Below, piece by piece: positions 8,324-16,986 of a DNA stretch of 64,000 bases (its first letter is position 1; each line of letters starts with the position of its first letter). A program made the translations under genes and the position numbers. The notes below the pieces were generated by a model. The model did not search any database, was not told the DNA's origin, and was given only the letters and a program-made list of their open reading frames with translations. Origin of the DNA: Thaumarchaeota archaeon UBA164. Lineage in GTDB: Archaea; Thermoproteota; Nitrososphaeria; Conexivisphaerales; UBA164. The DNA lies in the NCBI GenBank assembly GCA_002499005.1, contig DAJU01000005.1:20540-84539 (forward strand), read 5' to 3'.

Positions 8324-10714
8324 ATGGAGGAAAACGTTGTTGGGAAAAGGGTTCCGCAGGTCGACTCTTGGCTTAAGGTGACTGGAACGCTCAGGTACTC
8401 CTTTGATATAGAATTGCCGGGACAGCTTTATGTTGCGCTTGTAACTAGCAGGTACGCGCACGCAAGGATAAGATCAGTCGATACGTCTGATGCCATTAAA
8501 TCGCCTGGAATTGTTGGCGTGTTTACAGGCAAGGACTTTCCGTTTAGAATAGGCCTTTATATAGCTGACAGGGACCTCTTGGCTACAAACAAGGTCAGAT
8601 GGGTAGGTCATCCAGTCGCTGCTGTGGTTGGGACAAGCATGGCAGCAGCAGAAGAGGCCGCGGAAAAGGTTTCCGTTGACTATGAGCCGCTCGAGCCAGT
8701 TCTTGATGTTGAAAAGGCGATTGAAAAGGGGGCTCCCCTTGTCCATGAAGATATGGCCAGCTATAACTATTATAAGGGGTTCATAAACCCTGTTCCGGGG
8801 ACAAACATAGCCAATGACTTCAGGCTTGTAAAGGGCGATGTTAGCTCTGGGTTTGCAGAATCAAACGTAATTGTTGAAGAGACATTCAAAATACCCCAGA
8901 TAAACCACGCTCCAATGGAGGTTCAAAATGTGCTGGCTTACTGGAGGCCTGACGACTATGTTGAAGTGTGGACCAGCGCGCAGTCGCCTTTTGCAACGCG
9001 ATACCTGACAGCCGCTTCACTTAACATCCCAGTCAACAGGCTGATAGTGCACGTGCCGCCGGCAGGCGGCGGATTTGGGCTAAAGGCAGGCATTGGCTGG
9101 GAACCGCTGGCAATAATGATATCTAAGAGCCTCAGGAGGCCTGTCAAGCTTGTGCTTTCAAGAAGCGAGCAGATGACTTCAGCTCCTTCCAGAGACGGCC
9201 TTGTGGCAAATGTAAAGGCAGGGTTTTCTAAGGACGGCAGGTTCAAGGCTTATGAAGCCACGTTCATGATGGACGCGGGCGCGTACGCGGATTATACAGT
9301 TAACGTTGCAAGAACAACCGGCTACTCCGCTGACGGCGCCTATGACATTGAAAACATATCAGTGAAGTCGCTTGCTATATATACAAACAAGATACCGACA
9401 ACAGCAATGAGGGGCTTTGGACACCCAGAAAACCACTGGCCCCTTGAGCAGGTAATGGATCGGGCCGCTGACATGCTTGGGCTTGATCCAGTAAAGATAA
9501 GGGAGATAAACCTGCACGTGCCAGGCAAAAGCGTAAGGGGAACTGGTGAGCCGGTAAGGGAATACGACGGAAATCCGCGCGGCGTCCTCGAGGCTTTGGT
9601 AAAAGGCATAGGATACTGGGAAGTTGAAAAGCCATCAGAGCCATGGAAGGTGAGGGCAAAGGGCCTTGCGATGCTCGTTAAGGCGCCTTCGCAGCCACCA
9701 AATGCTGGGGCGTCAGCAATTGTCAAGATCGATGAGGATGGAACAATTGATGTAATAACAGGCACAGGAAGCATGGGACAGGGAACTCCAACCTCACTTG
9801 CTATAATAGCAGCTGAGGCATTCGGGGTTCCCGTTGAAAAGGTTAAGGTTAACCAGCTTGAGGGAGTTTCAACGGATCAGAATCCCTACACGTGGCAGAC
9901 CGTTGGCAGCAGGGGGCTTTACTCTGACGGCATAGCGCTGTTAAGGGCCATAGAGGACGCAAAGAACCAGATAAGGGAAATGGCGTCTGCGGTCTTCAGG
10001 GTTCCAAAGGACGATATAGAAATAAGAGGAGGCCAAGTTTACCCCAGAACTCACCCTGAGCACAGGCTTGGGCTCAAAGATTTTGCAATGGGCTACACTT
10101 ATCCAAACGGCAACACTATAGGCGGTCCAGTTATAGGGAGAGGGAGCTATGCCCCTGTGTTAAACACATTTTTGGACGAAAAAGGGCACGGGCATAACAC
10201 GGTGTTCCACACATATGGCGGTACAGCTGTTGAAGTTGAGATCGACCTGCTCACAGGCGAGGTAAGGGTAATTAAGGTGGTGCAGGCCTTTGACGTTGGA
10301 AGGGTAATAAACTTGCTGACGCTTGAGGGTCAGGCCTTTGGAGGATTCATAATGGGCATGGGTTCTGCGCTTTATGAAGAGATAAAGTTTGATAAACAAG
10401 GCTGGGTGCTTAACCCAAACCTTACGCATTATTATGTTCCAAGGATAACTGACCTGCCAGATGAAATAGACGCCGTCTTCCTAGAAACTCCGCAGATGGA
10501 TGGTCCTCTTGGCGCCAGGGGAATAGGAGAGCATGTAATGATAGCGGTTGCGCCAGCGATATCAAATGCCATATACAGAGGGCTTAAGGTAAAGCTCAAT
10601 GAAATTCCAATGAATGCGGAAAGGGTCTGGAAGGCTATTAAGGAACAGAGGCCAGAGCTCATATCCAGCGCATTTGAGCAGGCCCTGAGCAGGGCGGAGG
10701 AGATACACGTATGA
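8324..10714 (+). CDS. xanthine dehydrogenase / aldehyde oxidoreductase family, molybdopterin-binding large subunit
   Basis: 796 aa. N-terminus GKRVPQVDSWLKVTGTLRYSFD, the GGGFG motif (PPAGGGFGLKAG), and the C-terminal Mo-cofactor domain GLGE-like GARGIGEH. Confidence 0.9.
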   Translation: MEENVVGKRVPQVDSWLKVTGTLRYSFDIELPGQLYVALVTSRYAHARIRSVDTSDAIKSPGIVGVFTGKDFPFRIGLYIADRDLLATNKVRWVGHPVAAVVGTSMAAAEEAAEKVSVDYEPLEPVLDVEKAIEKGAPLVHEDMASYNYYKGFINPVPGTNIANDFRLVKGDVSSGFAESNVIVEETFKIPQINHAPMEVQNVLAYWRPDDYVEVWTSAQSPFATRYLTAASLNIPVNRLIVHVPPAGGGFGLKAGIGWEPLAIMISKSLRRPVKLVLSRSEQMTSAPSRDGLVANVKAGFSKDGRFKAYEATFMMDAGAYADYTVNVARTTGYSADGAYDIENISVKSLAIYTNKIPTTAMRGFGHPENHWPLEQVMDRAADMLGLDPVKIREINLHVPGKSVRGTGEPVREYDGNPRGVLEALVKGIGYWEVEKPSEPWKVRAKGLAMLVKAPSQPPNAGASAIVKIDEDGTIDVITGTGSMGQGTPTSLAIIAAEAFGVPVEKVKVNQLEGVSTDQNPYTWQTVGSRGLYSDGIALLRAIEDAKNQIREMASAVFRVPKDDIEIRGGQVYPRTHPEHRLGLKDFAMGYTYPNGNTIGGPVIGRGSYAPVLNTFLDEKGHGHNTVFHTYGGTAVEVEIDLLTGEVRVIKVVQAFDVGRVINLLTLEGQAFGGFIMGMGSALYEEIKFDKQGWVLNPNLTHYYVPRITDLPDEIDAVFLETPQMDGPLGARGIGEHVMIAVAPAISNAIYRGLKVKLNEIPMNAERVWKAIKEQRPELISSAFEQALSRAEEIHV

Positions 10715-11556
10715 GTTTTGGCAGCCCATACGTGACGCTGCCAAGGTTCAGTTATTTAAGGCCGAGAAGCCTTGACGAGGCCTTTGAAGCGCTGGAAGGC
10801 GGAAACGCTAAAGTCATGGCAGGAGGAATAGGCCTGCTTAACTTTATGAAAGAAAGGCTCTTGGCCCCCTCAGTGGTTATCGACATAAAGGGCATACCAG
10901 AGCTTTCAGGCATAAGGCTTTCAGGGGATGTAAGAATAGGAGCAGCCGTCAGACTTGTCGAGCTTGAGGAAAACAGAAGTTTGGAGCTAATCGCTCCGAC
11001 CCTTTACCGAGCTGTAAGGCAGATAGCTGATCCAATAATAAGAAGCTCTGCAACTCTTGTTGGTGACGTGTGCGAAGCTATACCGTGGACCGATGGCCCA
11101 ACTGCGTTAGCAGCGCTTGATGCCAGCGCTTCAGTTGTAAGCAAAAACGGTGAAAGAAAGGTTAAGGTGGCCGATCTGGTGCAGGGCCTGGGCCAGCTTG
11201 CAATAGATGAGAACGAGATAGTTAAGGAAATAACATTCAGCTCCGGATACAAAAAGGGCACATATGTGAAGTTCTCCAATGCAAGCGAATACGCTCTGGC
11301 GTCGGTTGCAGTTGCGTACAGCCCAGAAAGTGGTATTGCGAGAGTCTCTGTTGGCTCCTTGGCAGAGAAGCCGCAGGTATTTACACTTGAAGATGCAGGA
11401 ACGAGCCCTGACGAGGAAGTAAGCGCCATGATCAGGAAGGTTAGCTCTTATATAGAATCAGGCCTTTCAGCGGTTGACGACATACTTGGCTCCGCTGAGT
11501 TCAAAAAGCAGGTCGCAAAGGCTCTTATAATAAAGGCGTTTAAGGAGGTGTTTTGA
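10711..11556 (+). CDS. Mo-hydroxylase FAD-binding medium subunit (CoxM/XdhB-like)
   Basis: 281 aa. FSYLRPRSLDEAFEAL...AGGIGLLNFMK (FAD-binding PCMH type). 4-nt overlap with the large subunit. Confidence 0.85.
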   Translation: MSFGSPYVTLPRFSYLRPRSLDEAFEALEGGNAKVMAGGIGLLNFMKERLLAPSVVIDIKGIPELSGIRLSGDVRIGAAVRLVELEENRSLELIAPTLYRAVRQIADPIIRSSATLVGDVCEAIPWTDGPTALAALDASASVVSKNGERKVKVADLVQGLGQLAIDENEIVKEITFSSGYKKGTYVKFSNASEYALASVAVAYSPESGIARVSVGSLAEKPQVFTLEDAGTSPDEEVSAMIRKVSSYIESGLSAVDDILGSAEFKKQVAKALIIKAFKEVF

Positions 11557-12041
11557 AAATGAGGGAGATAAGGCTGAGAATAAACGGAATTGAAAGGGAA
11601 CTTCATGTGGAAGACAATGAAACGCTACTTGAAGCGCTTAGGAACAGGGCCGGCGTAACCAGCGTCAAGGCGGCCTGCTGGAGGGGCGAATGCGGGCTTT
11701 GCACGGTTCTTCTTAATGGAAGGCCTGTAAAAAGCTGCAGCACCCTTGCGGTCGAGGCTGATGGTAAAACCGTTGAGACAGCTGAAGGACTTTACTTTGA
11801 CAAAAGGGCAAAAGGGCTCATGGAAAGCTTTGTCAGGAACGGCGCAACTCAGTGCGGCTTTTGCACCCCGGCGTTTGTTGTAGCTTCGCACGCGCTTCTC
11901 TTGCGCAACCCAAAGGCCGAGGATGAGGACATAAAGGAAGGGCTCAAGGGGCTTATCTGCAGATGCGGAACATATGTCAACATGATGCGCGCGGTTAAGG
12001 AGGCAAGACAGTACTACGCTGACGGGAAGCAGACAGCTTAG
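11553..12041 (+). CDS. Mo-hydroxylase [2Fe-2S] small subunit (CoxS/XdhC-type ferredoxin)
   Basis: Two cluster motifs: CWRGECGLCTV...C and QCGFCTPAF...CRCGTY. 162 aa. Confidence 0.9.
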   Translation: MKMREIRLRINGIERELHVEDNETLLEALRNRAGVTSVKAACWRGECGLCTVLLNGRPVKSCSTLAVEADGKTVETAEGLYFDKRAKGLMESFVRNGATQCGFCTPAFVVASHALLLRNPKAEDEDIKEGLKGLICRCGTYVNMMRAVKEARQYYADGKQTA

Positions 12042-12961
12042 ATTCCAAGCACTTCCTTAAGCAAAGCCATCCTCATGTAAAGCCCGTTCTTTGCCTGTTC
12101 AAAGTACTTGGCCTGCGGAAGCTGATCAACGTCAGGCGAAAGCTCGTCAACTCTAGGAAGCGGGTGCATTATAATTGGTATCCTTGGAAGGCCCTCAAGC
12201 AGCTTCCTGTTTATGTTGTAGCTCCCCTTAAGTCTTTCATATTCGCTCGGATCAGCAAACCTCTCTTTCTGAATTCTTGTTACATACAGTACATCAAGCT
12301 CTTTTGCAACTTCCTCTACGTTTTCCACAAGCTCGCTCTTTACATTTCTTAATTCATTAAGGACGTCTTGCCTTATTTGAAGCGCCTTTGGGGCTATGTA
12401 AAAGATCCTAACGCCGTTGAACTTATCCAACATAAGCGAAAGGCTTTTCACTGTTCTCCCGTACCTTAGGTCTCCCATGATTCCCACGCTTACTCCATCA
12501 ATCCTTCCAAGCTCCCTCCTTATCGTATAGACGTCAAGCAGGGCCTGTGTTGGGTGTTCATTTGCGCCATCCCCCGCGTTTATAACCGGAGACGAGCATA
12601 TCTCAGCCGCCTTTGCGGCGTTGCCAGGAACGCTTTGCCTGAGCACTATGGCATCAGGGCCATAGCCATCGACCATCCTCATCGTGTCTTCAAAGCTTTC
12701 GCCCTTTTGTATGCTTGATATTTCAGTTGCGCCAAAGTCCATGGCCAGCGCGCCTAGGTAAGTTGCAGCGTACTGAAAGCTAAGCCTGGTCCTTGTGCTT
12801 GGCTCTAAAAACACCGTCATCACAACCTTCCCGTTTGCTATGTGAAGGGGCCTTTCATACTTAAGCATATCCCTTAGCCTTTCTGCTTCATCAATGAGAA
12901 GTTCAACTTCTCCCCTGCTCAGGTCTTTTGCGGAGACAACATCCCTTCCCTTTAAGCTCAT
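12038..12961 (-). CDS. pyrB: aspartate carbamoyltransferase catalytic subunit
   Basis: Has STRTR (EPSTRTRLSF), HPTQALLD and the HPLPR motifs. 307 aa. No pyrI is adjacent. Confidence 0.9.
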   Translation of the reverse strand: MSLKGRDVVSAKDLSRGEVELLIDEAERLRDMLKYERPLHIANGKVVMTVFLEPSTRTRLSFQYAATYLGALAMDFGATEISSIQKGESFEDTMRMVDGYGPDAIVLRQSVPGNAAKAAEICSSPVINAGDGANEHPTQALLDVYTIRRELGRIDGVSVGIMGDLRYGRTVKSLSLMLDKFNGVRIFYIAPKALQIRQDVLNELRNVKSELVENVEEVAKELDVLYVTRIQKERFADPSEYERLKGSYNINRKLLEGLPRIPIIMHPLPRVDELSPDVDQLPQAKYFEQAKNGLYMRMALLKEVLGI

Positions 12962-13030
12962 GCACCTTGCTGTGCTGGCTTTTTATTTAAGCGTTTCAGA
13001 AATTAAGCCATTGGATAAACGCATAAATCC

Positions 13031-13672
13031 TTGATCGCACATGGCTATACAATGTGCGGGCTAAAGGTTGCGCTTTTCTCAGGCGGTAAGGATTCAGTTT
13101 ACTCGGCATTGCTTGAATGGCCCGTTGACCTTTTCCTGACGCTTGTCTATGATTTTCCAAGGCCATCGCCACATCTAGTTAACATAAGGAAACTCCTGGA
13201 GCTCTCCGAGGCCATGTCTGTTCCGCTTATAGTTGCAAGGGTTCACAAAGGGCATGAATTCGAGGAGGAGGCCGCGCTCTTGAGGAAGCTTGGAACTGAA
13301 ACGCTTGTTGCAGGCGACCAGGGAGTCGAAGATCACCTTAAGTACATGGGAAGGCTTGCGGCTGAAGCTGGAGCAAGTCTCAGGGAGCCTATATGGGGAG
13401 CAAACGAATCCGAGCTGCTTCTTAAGGAGGCCGAGGAGCTTTCATTTGTAGTTATAGGGTCTGAAAAAAAGGAATTGATGTGCAAGCGCGTTAGCAAGGA
13501 GAACTCCATGGAGTTTTTAAATATTTCTAGGTCGCTTAATATAAGCCCGATAGGCGAGGCCGGCGAGTACCACTCCCTTGTATATGAGGTTAAAAGGCTT
13601 GGCGTTAGGATAGGTTTTAGATGCTCCAAAACTAGGTCAGTCGAAGGATATTTCATCGCCAGCGTTTTTTAG
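13031..13672 (+). CDS. PP-loop ATP pyrophosphatase of the MJ0570 / diphthine-ammonia ligase (Dph6) type
   Basis: PP-loop SGGKDS near the N-terminus and C-terminal GEAGEYHSLV. The likely true start is MCGLKVALFSGGKDS. Confidence 0.75.
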   Translation: MIAHGYTMCGLKVALFSGGKDSVYSALLEWPVDLFLTLVYDFPRPSPHLVNIRKLLELSEAMSVPLIVARVHKGHEFEEEAALLRKLGTETLVAGDQGVEDHLKYMGRLAAEAGASLREPIWGANESELLLKEAEELSFVVIGSEKKELMCKRVSKENSMEFLNISRSLNISPIGEAGEYHSLVYEVKRLGVRIGFRCSKTRSVEGYFIASVF

Positions 13673-13755
13673 TTACACCCTGTTTCACTCAAAACGTTTC
13701 AGATGATTTCACCAACCAGATAAATAGGGTATAGAACAAGGTGCTCTGACCTAAA

Positions 13756-14151
13756 ATGGCGTCGGAGGAATATCCGCATTCGGCATACATCTTAACGCTG
13801 ATAGCTGGAATACTGATGGTAGTTAACGGGCTTTTGCTCACAATGGCCTCAGTAGTCTTCCTAATAACAGCGCCTTACACATATCGCGTTGGACCATATG
13901 GAGGCTTCATGATGTACAGGCCTTTCATGTGGCCAGGCGGAATCTTCTTTGGGATGGCCGCGTTTGGGCTGATAAGCGGGATAATAGTGCTTGTATCAAC
14001 GTTTATGCTCAAAAAGAACCCGACAAATTACACATGGGGCACGCTGATAATAATATTTTCAGTGCTTAGCTTCTTTGGAATGGGCGGCTTTGTAGTCGGA
14101 GCGATACTTGGCATAATTGGCGGGGCTCTTGCGTTAACATGGCACAAGTAA
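13756..14151 (+). CDS. small integral membrane protein (131 aa, 4 TM)
   Basis: Four clear hydrophobic helices. No family recognised. Confidence 0.6.
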   Translation: MASEEYPHSAYILTLIAGILMVVNGLLLTMASVVFLITAPYTYRVGPYGGFMMYRPFMWPGGIFFGMAAFGLISGIIVLVSTFMLKKNPTNYTWGTLIIIFSVLSFFGMGGFVVGAILGIIGGALALTWHK

Positions 14152-14169
14152 AGCGAATCTAAGCTCATT

Positions 14170-14679
14170 TTATTTTTTTATTTCAGTTGATCCATATGTG
14201 GTTGTAATGTTAAGCCTTACCATGTTTGTGTTTCCAGCCCTCTCAACGCTTACCAGCCCCCTTTCAGCCAGTCTGGCTATAACCCTGTGCACCTTAACCC
14301 TTGTAAGCCCAGTTTCCCTGGAGATGTCCTTTTGCAGCATTGCGCCTCCGTGCTTTAACAGCACTTCAACTATGGCCTTTTCATCAGGCAACAGAAAGTT
14401 AAAAAAGCTGTCCTTGTTTGCATTGCTTTTAACAGTTATTTCAGGGAGTATCAGGTAGTAAGCCGCGCCAACAGAGCCTGCTATCGTGGTGAGGAAGAAA
14501 AGCATAAATGAAATAGGAACAAAGAACGGCACATCGTTGGGGCCCTTAAATGTCAGTATTTCATAAATAACCTTAACTGGGCTTTGCCCTGTAAGGGCTA
14601 CAGCAAGCGCTATCATAAGTGCGATAAGGCCAATAACTGAGGACAAAAGTATTAACAAAAACACCTCGATCTTTTTCAA
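14170..14679 (-). CDS. membrane-anchored winged-helix (MarR/TrmB-like) DNA-binding protein
   Basis: Two N-terminal TM helices, then EKAIVEVLLKHGGAMLQKDISRETGLTRVKVHRVIARLAERGLVSVERAGNTNMV (wHTH). The TTG start overlaps the stop of the upstream gene. Confidence 0.7.
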   Translation of the reverse strand: MKKIEVFLLILLSSVIGLIALMIALAVALTGQSPVKVIYEILTFKGPNDVPFFVPISFMLFFLTTIAGSVGAAYYLILPEITVKSNANKDSFFNFLLPDEKAIVEVLLKHGGAMLQKDISRETGLTRVKVHRVIARLAERGLVSVERAGNTNMVRLNITTTYGSTEIKK

Positions 14680-15530
14680 TCCTTAACAACCCCTGACCCA
14701 TATACCCTTAGCTTGCCGGCTGGGGCGTTAAGGTTTATCAGAGCTGCCCTTGCGCCTACAGGCAGCTGTTTCTCAACTTCTACGAGGCCATCAGCTAGGT
14801 TTCCAAAGGCCTTTATTCCCTTGGTGAACGCGTGTAGCGATCGAGCTTCTGGCGCCCAGGGGAACCTCCTTTCAATGCCTATTGATCTTCCTAACTTTGC
14901 ATTATATTTAGCAATTGCATACGACATCTTGGCCTCCTTTTCGTCTACCCCCTTAAGAGCCAGCCCTACCCTCACTCCCGGCCCTACTTCCTCGTAGTCT
15001 ACGTCAAGAACCTGTATTGATTTAACTTCAGCAGACTTCATTGACGGAAGAAGAAACACCTGATCATGGACCTTGACATAAGTTAACGCAAATCCCAGGA
15101 CCACAGTTCCTACTCCCTTTACCACAAACGCCTGATCTATTGGCACAACTCCCAGGTCGTCCTGAAGAGGAGGCGGCTCAGTAAGACCCAGTTTGTAGTT
15201 GGAAATTCGAAGCCCGTTGAACGTTTTCCTGAAGTCCTCTTCAAACTCAGTTACAACTGAGCCTTCTGCACCAGTTGCCTCTGCAAGAAGAGCAGCCTCA
15301 GCATGCTCCCGGCTGCCCGGGAGGTAGTCAACTACAATAAAATTTGCCATTGAAGCCGCGTTCGCAGCCTCAGATATTTCATCCATGCCAACTGCAAGGA
15401 TCGAGACCAGAAACTCGCCGCTTTTACGGTAAAATACCCCGCTTTCCTTTTCCTTTCCAAGCTCTTTTGCGATTCCCTTTGCCTTATCGCCTGTAGCTGA
15501 GAGAACTGCAACTATGGAGCCGTGTAGCAT
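14676..15530 (-). CDS. EF-Tu/SelB-like protein with a degenerate (P-loop-less) G domain
   Basis: Strong EF-Tu domain II signature: PIDQAFVVKGVGTVVLGFALTYVKVHDQVFLLPSMKSAEVKSIQVLDVDYEEVGPGVRVGLALKGV. No G-x4-G-K-[ST] or N-K-x-D motif appears anywhere in the 284 aa. Confidence 0.65.
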   Translation of the reverse strand: MLHGSIVAVLSATGDKAKGIAKELGKEKESGVFYRKSGEFLVSILAVGMDEISEAANAASMANFIVVDYLPGSREHAEAALLAEATGAEGSVVTEFEEDFRKTFNGLRISNYKLGLTEPPPLQDDLGVVPIDQAFVVKGVGTVVLGFALTYVKVHDQVFLLPSMKSAEVKSIQVLDVDYEEVGPGVRVGLALKGVDEKEAKMSYAIAKYNAKLGRSIGIERRFPWAPEARSLHAFTKGIKAFGNLADGLVEVEKQLPVGARAALINLNAPAGKLRVYGSGVVKD

Positions 15531-15630
15531 TATAAGAAGGGGGGCGCGGCCATGAATAAAAACCTTTCATTGACGCGGCTGATAGCCAATAAGCCTGCTA
15601 AGCTTAAATCCGCATAAAAGTAAATTATTC

Positions 15631-16836
15631 TTGATGGCAATAAACGAAGTATACCTTGCTCTTCTTGAAATTTCGCTTATGCTGTTTGTGGCAGAGGCGT
15701 TTAAGGGGCTTGCTTCAAGGTATGGTCTGACCGAGGTCGTGGGAGAGCTTATAGCTGGGGTTGTAATCGGGCCCTATATGCTTGGAGGGCTTATAAACAA
15801 GGCCCTCGGGCTAGGGCTTATAGCCATAAACAACTACGTTTTGCTGTTTTCTGAGTTTGCGGTTATAATGCTCATATTTTCAGCAGGCCTCCAGCAGGGC
15901 ATATCGGGGCTCCTCAGGGCAGGGCTATGGTCCTTTTTAGGGGCAGCGTTTGGGGCAATTCTTCCATTCGCTGGAATCTCATTAATTCTTGTCTCTGGCC
16001 TTGGCCTTGCCAAGGCCATGTTCGTTGGGGCGGCTGCTGCTGCCACAAGCCTTGCGGCGGCCTCTGGCATAGCAAATGAGCTTGGCCTTAAGGGCAGGCC
16101 AATGGACTTCCTCCTCGCCGCGGGAGCCATAGACGACGTTATATCGCTTATTATATTCTCAGTTGCAATGGGATATGCAACAGGAAGCGCTTCTGCGTCA
16201 TCGCTTTTGAGAGTTACGCTTTATTACGTAGTGGCTTGGCTTATAGTAACTGGCATTTCAGTTGCGGTTTTACCGCGCATAATTAACAGGTTAAGCGGGA
16301 GGTACTCGTATTCATTTTCGCTTCTTTCGCTCTTTGGCCTTACCACTGTAATGGTGGGCCTTGGCTTTTCGCCAATAATAGCCTCGTACATAGCAGGGCT
16401 TTCGCTATCTTCAAGCGCAAGAAGAGATGACTTGGAAAGGCTGGCAAGCGGGCTTTCATCTCTTTTTGGCCCGCTTTTCTTTGTAATAGCAGGAGCCGAA
16501 GTTAACCTGTTTACGGCAGGGCTTGGCTCACTCGAACTGGCATTGGTTCTTACCGCGCTAGCTGCCGCGCTGAAGTTTGCAGGCGTGTTGCCTTTCGCTT
16601 ATTTCACAAGCAAAAACAGGTACGGCGCGATTTCTTCGTCTTTGGGGATGATACCGCGAGGCGAAATGGGGCTTGCTATAGCCGTCACAGGGCTTGAAGC
16701 TGGACTCATAGGAAACTACATATACACCTCAATAGTGCTTATGGCTCTTCTTACAACAGTTATTGGAGCCATCACATTTTCTTGGTATGCAAGGACACGC
16801 ATGAGTTCAATTATGGCAAAAGATAGCACGCTGTGA
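15631..16836 (+). CDS. cation:proton antiporter (CPA2 / Kef-NapA type)
   Basis: 401 aa, about 12 TM. N-terminus GLTEVVGELIAGVVIGPYMLG and the FSAGLQ motif are typical of the Na_H_exchanger family. Confidence 0.85.
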   Translation: MMAINEVYLALLEISLMLFVAEAFKGLASRYGLTEVVGELIAGVVIGPYMLGGLINKALGLGLIAINNYVLLFSEFAVIMLIFSAGLQQGISGLLRAGLWSFLGAAFGAILPFAGISLILVSGLGLAKAMFVGAAAAATSLAAASGIANELGLKGRPMDFLLAAGAIDDVISLIIFSVAMGYATGSASASSLLRVTLYYVVAWLIVTGISVAVLPRIINRLSGRYSYSFSLLSLFGLTTVMVGLGFSPIIASYIAGLSLSSSARRDDLERLASGLSSLFGPLFFVIAGAEVNLFTAGLGSLELALVLTALAAALKFAGVLPFAYFTSKNRYGAISSSLGMIPRGEMGLAIAVTGLEAGLIGNYIYTSIVLMALLTTVIGAITFSWYARTRMSSIMAKDSTL

Positions 16837-16986
16837 GCTCGCAGTCTGCAAGCGTATGGCTACGCCCTTTTAACTCTCATAAGGGTTAAGACAGCACAAA
16901 CCTATAAGTGCAGCTTTATCTGCGTGAAGCCTTAGGAAACGCATGGCAAGACAGGCGGCATTAGCCGCATAACAAACGTTTATGGC

